Shown: positions 34,164 to 36,647 of the stretch, in pieces
Layout of the letters: each line of letters starts with the position of its first letter
How positions within the stretch are numbered: the stretch's first letter is position 1
Assembly (NCBI GenBank): GCA_024278215.1
Contig: JAJRTR010000150.1
Coordinates: 1-36,647 of the forward strand
Length of the DNA stretch: 36,647 nucleotides
Reading direction: 5' to 3'
Source: a bacterium
GTDB lineage: Bacteria > UBP15 > UBA6099 > JAJRTR01
The notes under the pieces: generated by a model
What the model was told of the DNA's origin: nothing
Database searches by the model: none
What the model saw: the letters and a program-made list of their open reading frames with translations, nothing else
Program-made: the position numbers and the translations under genes

Positions 34164-36452
34164 CTACGGCGCGCTGCGCCTGTGGTCGAGCAGCATAAAA
34201 ATGAACACATCGCCTCTGTGGTAGGCGAGTTTGAAGTCGCGGGGATTCTCGACCGCCCACGTGAGCTCGACCGGGTCGGAGATGACGCCGCGATAGAACT
34301 CACGCGAAACAAACAGTAGATCGACACGTTCGCGGCGCAGCGCCTGCCGCCACCTGTCATAGTCCCGGTTGCCGCGGAATATATAGTTCAGCCCCACGGA
34401 TTCCGTGGGTGGCGCGTAAGCGGCGGCTTTCCTCGCGCCGATCTCATAGTCATGGAATATCCTTCCGGTGCGCCCGTCGGTGTTTATATAAACCACTGTG
34501 TTTTTGAAGCCGTTGCCGTACAGCCCGTACGGAGAACAGTTCCCGGCATAAGCGATAGTCGCGGGTACCCTTATCGCCGCCTCCAGCCATGACCAGCCCT
34601 GCGCGAGGTAGTGGCCCGCGTACCATTTGTACCGGCCTTCATCCATAAAATGTTTTTTTGTGTTCAGAAACGCTCCGGTAGCGGCGAGCGCGAGCAGGAC
34701 AAACGCGGCGGCGACTGTTCGGCGGCGAGCGCGCGACGCCCATACGGCCAGGGCCGATGCGGCGAAAACAAGTGCGGCGAATATGCCGGTCCGCATACCC
34801 AGGTTGTACCAGGCGTCGGTCGGGGCGTTGGAAACCGCGTCGTGGAAGAACCTGCTTATGCGCGAAAGAGAAACATAATTGGCCGCGAGTGCGGGGACAG
34901 CAAGCGAGGCAATCGCCCAGTGGTTCCATCGCCGCTCACGCGCGCCGACCACTGCCGCGAGAGCTACAAACGCGATAAAAACAGCGGGGATCGTGAAACG
35001 GTAATTATTTGCGGTGTTGTACGGATTGACATACCAGTAGAAGAGAATAAAAAGAGGCGCGAGCCATAGCGTGTAGTGCAACCGCCGGGGCCGGTCGCGC
35101 ATGACGGCGCTTATTATGATCGCATACGCCGCCGCTGCAAGCAGTGGCAGAAACGGCACTGCTGCCGCAAGCACGCCGGTGCCTGAATACGATATAAACC
35201 CGGCGGCGGCCACCGATAATATAAGGATTACAGCGACAACCCTTGAGATAGTGTTTTTTGCAGTGAGCGCACCGGCGACAAATAATAACGCCGCCGCCGC
35301 GAGCAGCCATTTACCCGCGATGAGTCCGGAAATTATGCTGCCGAGATACGAAACATCCTGAACGGGAATGTGGAGATAGGAATTAAACATAGCCGAACGG
35401 TTGAACGCGCCCCTGAAAAATTCGATGCCGCCGATGTCGAATCCCATCGGGTAGAACGGACTCCCTGTCAGTATGATATTCCTTATGTACCAGTAGCCGC
35501 ATGTCGCCGCGGCGGCGGCGGAGAAGAGGACGACCGCGACCGGTCGCGACATCCTTTTTCTCTTTATTAACAGCAATGGGATCAGTAATACCGCGAACGG
35601 CACGCCGACATATTTTGTGCCCACGGCCAGCCCCGCGGCGAGCCCCGCGACGATGATTTCCGCATAAGTGTTTTCAGATTCGTCGGCCGGCAGCAGAAAA
35701 GCCGTCGAGCAGAGAAGCGAAGCGGCGAAAAACATATCCACGCCGAACTGCTGCGTGAGATTAATTACGCCCGGCGCCATGACGGCGAGCGCCGCCGCGC
35801 CGAACGCGGCGTTCCTGTCGAGTCCCGCACGAAGCCCGATCCGCACACAGGCGAGCGCGGCGAAAACAAGACTCAACGGCTCGAGCAGACCGGCGAGCAG
35901 ATCGTCATGCAGCGGCATCATCAGCCGCAGGTAAAGCAGTTCGCCGTTGCCCGGATAATATGTCGTCGCCTGGTCGGGGCTCAGAGTCTGCACCAGCGTG
36001 ATGTGCGCGGCGCGGAGCCACTCGGCAGGGAACACGAGATGGTCGAGAAAAGCGTCTGTCGGCGCGGGGGGCGTCACAAGAGCGAAAACAAAGTTCGCGA
36101 AGAATACGGCACAGGCGACGGCTATAAGGATTTTTATCGGCAGGCTGATTACCGGCGAATGCCCGGCCTCCCGCGATGAGCCGGTTGCAGTTTCGACATC
36201 GTTTTTTTTCTTACCGAAATGATGGTATAAAACCAGCGCGAAAAACGCAAAATATTCCAGGGGGAGCACCGGCGCAAAGAAGTATGGCGAAGATATTTCC
36301 AGCGCGATGACAATGAAAGAAGCGCCGCAAACGAACGCGCCGACCGCCCGGTCGAGCGGGTCGCGCAGGCGCAGAACATCCGCCGCGACCAGCCACGAAA
36401 CGGCGCACAAGATCGAGAATGACAGAATACAGTTTAAGGTTTGCGAAAACAT
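34164..36452 (-). CDS. Polytopic membrane protein, GT-C-fold (ArnT/PMT-like) glycosyltransferase candidate
   Basis: PPAPTDAFLDHL in the first outer loop, YYPGNGELL, VDMF, GLAVGTKY, YWYIRN..TGSPFYP, NYRF; more than 12 hydrophobic segments and a soluble C-terminal domain. Confidence 0.72.
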   Translation of the reverse strand: MFSQTLNCILSFSILCAVSWLVAADVLRLRDPLDRAVGAFVCGASFIVIALEISSPYFFAPVLPLEYFAFFALVLYHHFGKKKNDVETATGSSREAGHSPVISLPIKILIAVACAVFFANFVFALVTPPAPTDAFLDHLVFPAEWLRAAHITLVQTLSPDQATTYYPGNGELLYLRLMMPLHDDLLAGLLEPLSLVFAALACVRIGLRAGLDRNAAFGAAALAVMAPGVINLTQQFGVDMFFAASLLCSTAFLLPADESENTYAEIIVAGLAAGLAVGTKYVGVPFAVLLIPLLLIKRKRMSRPVAVVLFSAAAAATCGYWYIRNIILTGSPFYPMGFDIGGIEFFRGAFNRSAMFNSYLHIPVQDVSYLGSIISGLIAGKWLLAAAALLFVAGALTAKNTISRVVAVILILSVAAAGFISYSGTGVLAAAVPFLPLLAAAAYAIIISAVMRDRPRRLHYTLWLAPLFILFYWYVNPYNTANNYRFTIPAVFIAFVALAAVVGARERRWNHWAIASLAVPALAANYVSLSRISRFFHDAVSNAPTDAWYNLGMRTGIFAALVFAASALAVWASRARRRTVAAAFVLLALAATGAFLNTKKHFMDEGRYKWYAGHYLAQGWSWLEAAIRVPATIAYAGNCSPYGLYGNGFKNTVVYINTDGRTGRIFHDYEIGARKAAAYAPPTESVGLNYIFRGNRDYDRWRQALRRERVDLLFVSREFYRGVISDPVELTWAVENPRDFKLAYHRGDVFIFMLLDHRRSAP

Positions 36453-36506
36453 GGGCTACCGGATTGTCTGTAGAGCCGTTTGCGGCCCTGTAAATTCAAC
36501 ATATCT

Positions 36507-36647
36507 GAGCCAATTGCAAAATTATGTTCGTAGCGAGGTCGAGCGAAATTGTTCAGAGCAAGGCGGAGGTGGAAAATCCTCGCAGGCGTACTTGTAGAGT
36601 ACGTCGAGGACGATTTTTTGCCGACAACGCAGCTATGGACAATAGCA
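36507..36647. mobile_element. MITE-like element family A, copy 3 (inverted, truncated by the window end)
   Basis: gagccaattgcaaaattatgttcg...gcaaggcggaggtg...cgtacttgtagagtacgtcgagga...caacgcagct is the reverse complement of copies 1 and 2. Confidence 0.85.

Noticed and set aside
28030..34260. Extended N-termini in the ORF track (28128, 30437, 34260; also 22294 and 26729)
   Set aside because: The extensions run into repeats or upstream genes. Downstream ATGs fit SD sites, ATGA coupling or family N-termini better.

Overview
Bacterial chromosomal window (lineage not assignable from the sequence alone). It opens with a 5'-truncated giant secreted or surface protein of more than 2660 aa, carrying six tandem ~110-aa repeats, a TolB-like propeller, an HFS-motif domain and a FlgD-Ig/T9SS-CTD-like C-terminus. 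Next come tRNA-Pro(TGG), a receiver plus helical-repeat protein pair, the core cluster rho-rpmE-prfA-prmC-tsaC with divergent def, and a Tat-signal DUF362 protein with a membrane polyferredoxin fusion. These are followed by serS, a tatD-PLD-metallophosphoesterase-MEMO1 cluster, a GH1 glycosidase, and a GT-C-like membrane protein upstream of three translationally coupled membrane-anchored beta-propeller proteins. The intergenic DNA is rich in non-autonomous elements: four distinct MITE-like families (two share an ERIC-like hairpin core), a chimera of two of them, a REPIN-like doublet and a recurring ~30-bp palindrome. No transposase is present in the window. The best candidates for something undescribed are a self-contained ~76-nt small-RNA unit (28465-28575, minus strand), the ERIC-like core carried by different termini, the GT-C plus triple-propeller locus, and the polyferredoxin fusion. 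All family assignments come from motif recognition by eye; no database searches were run.
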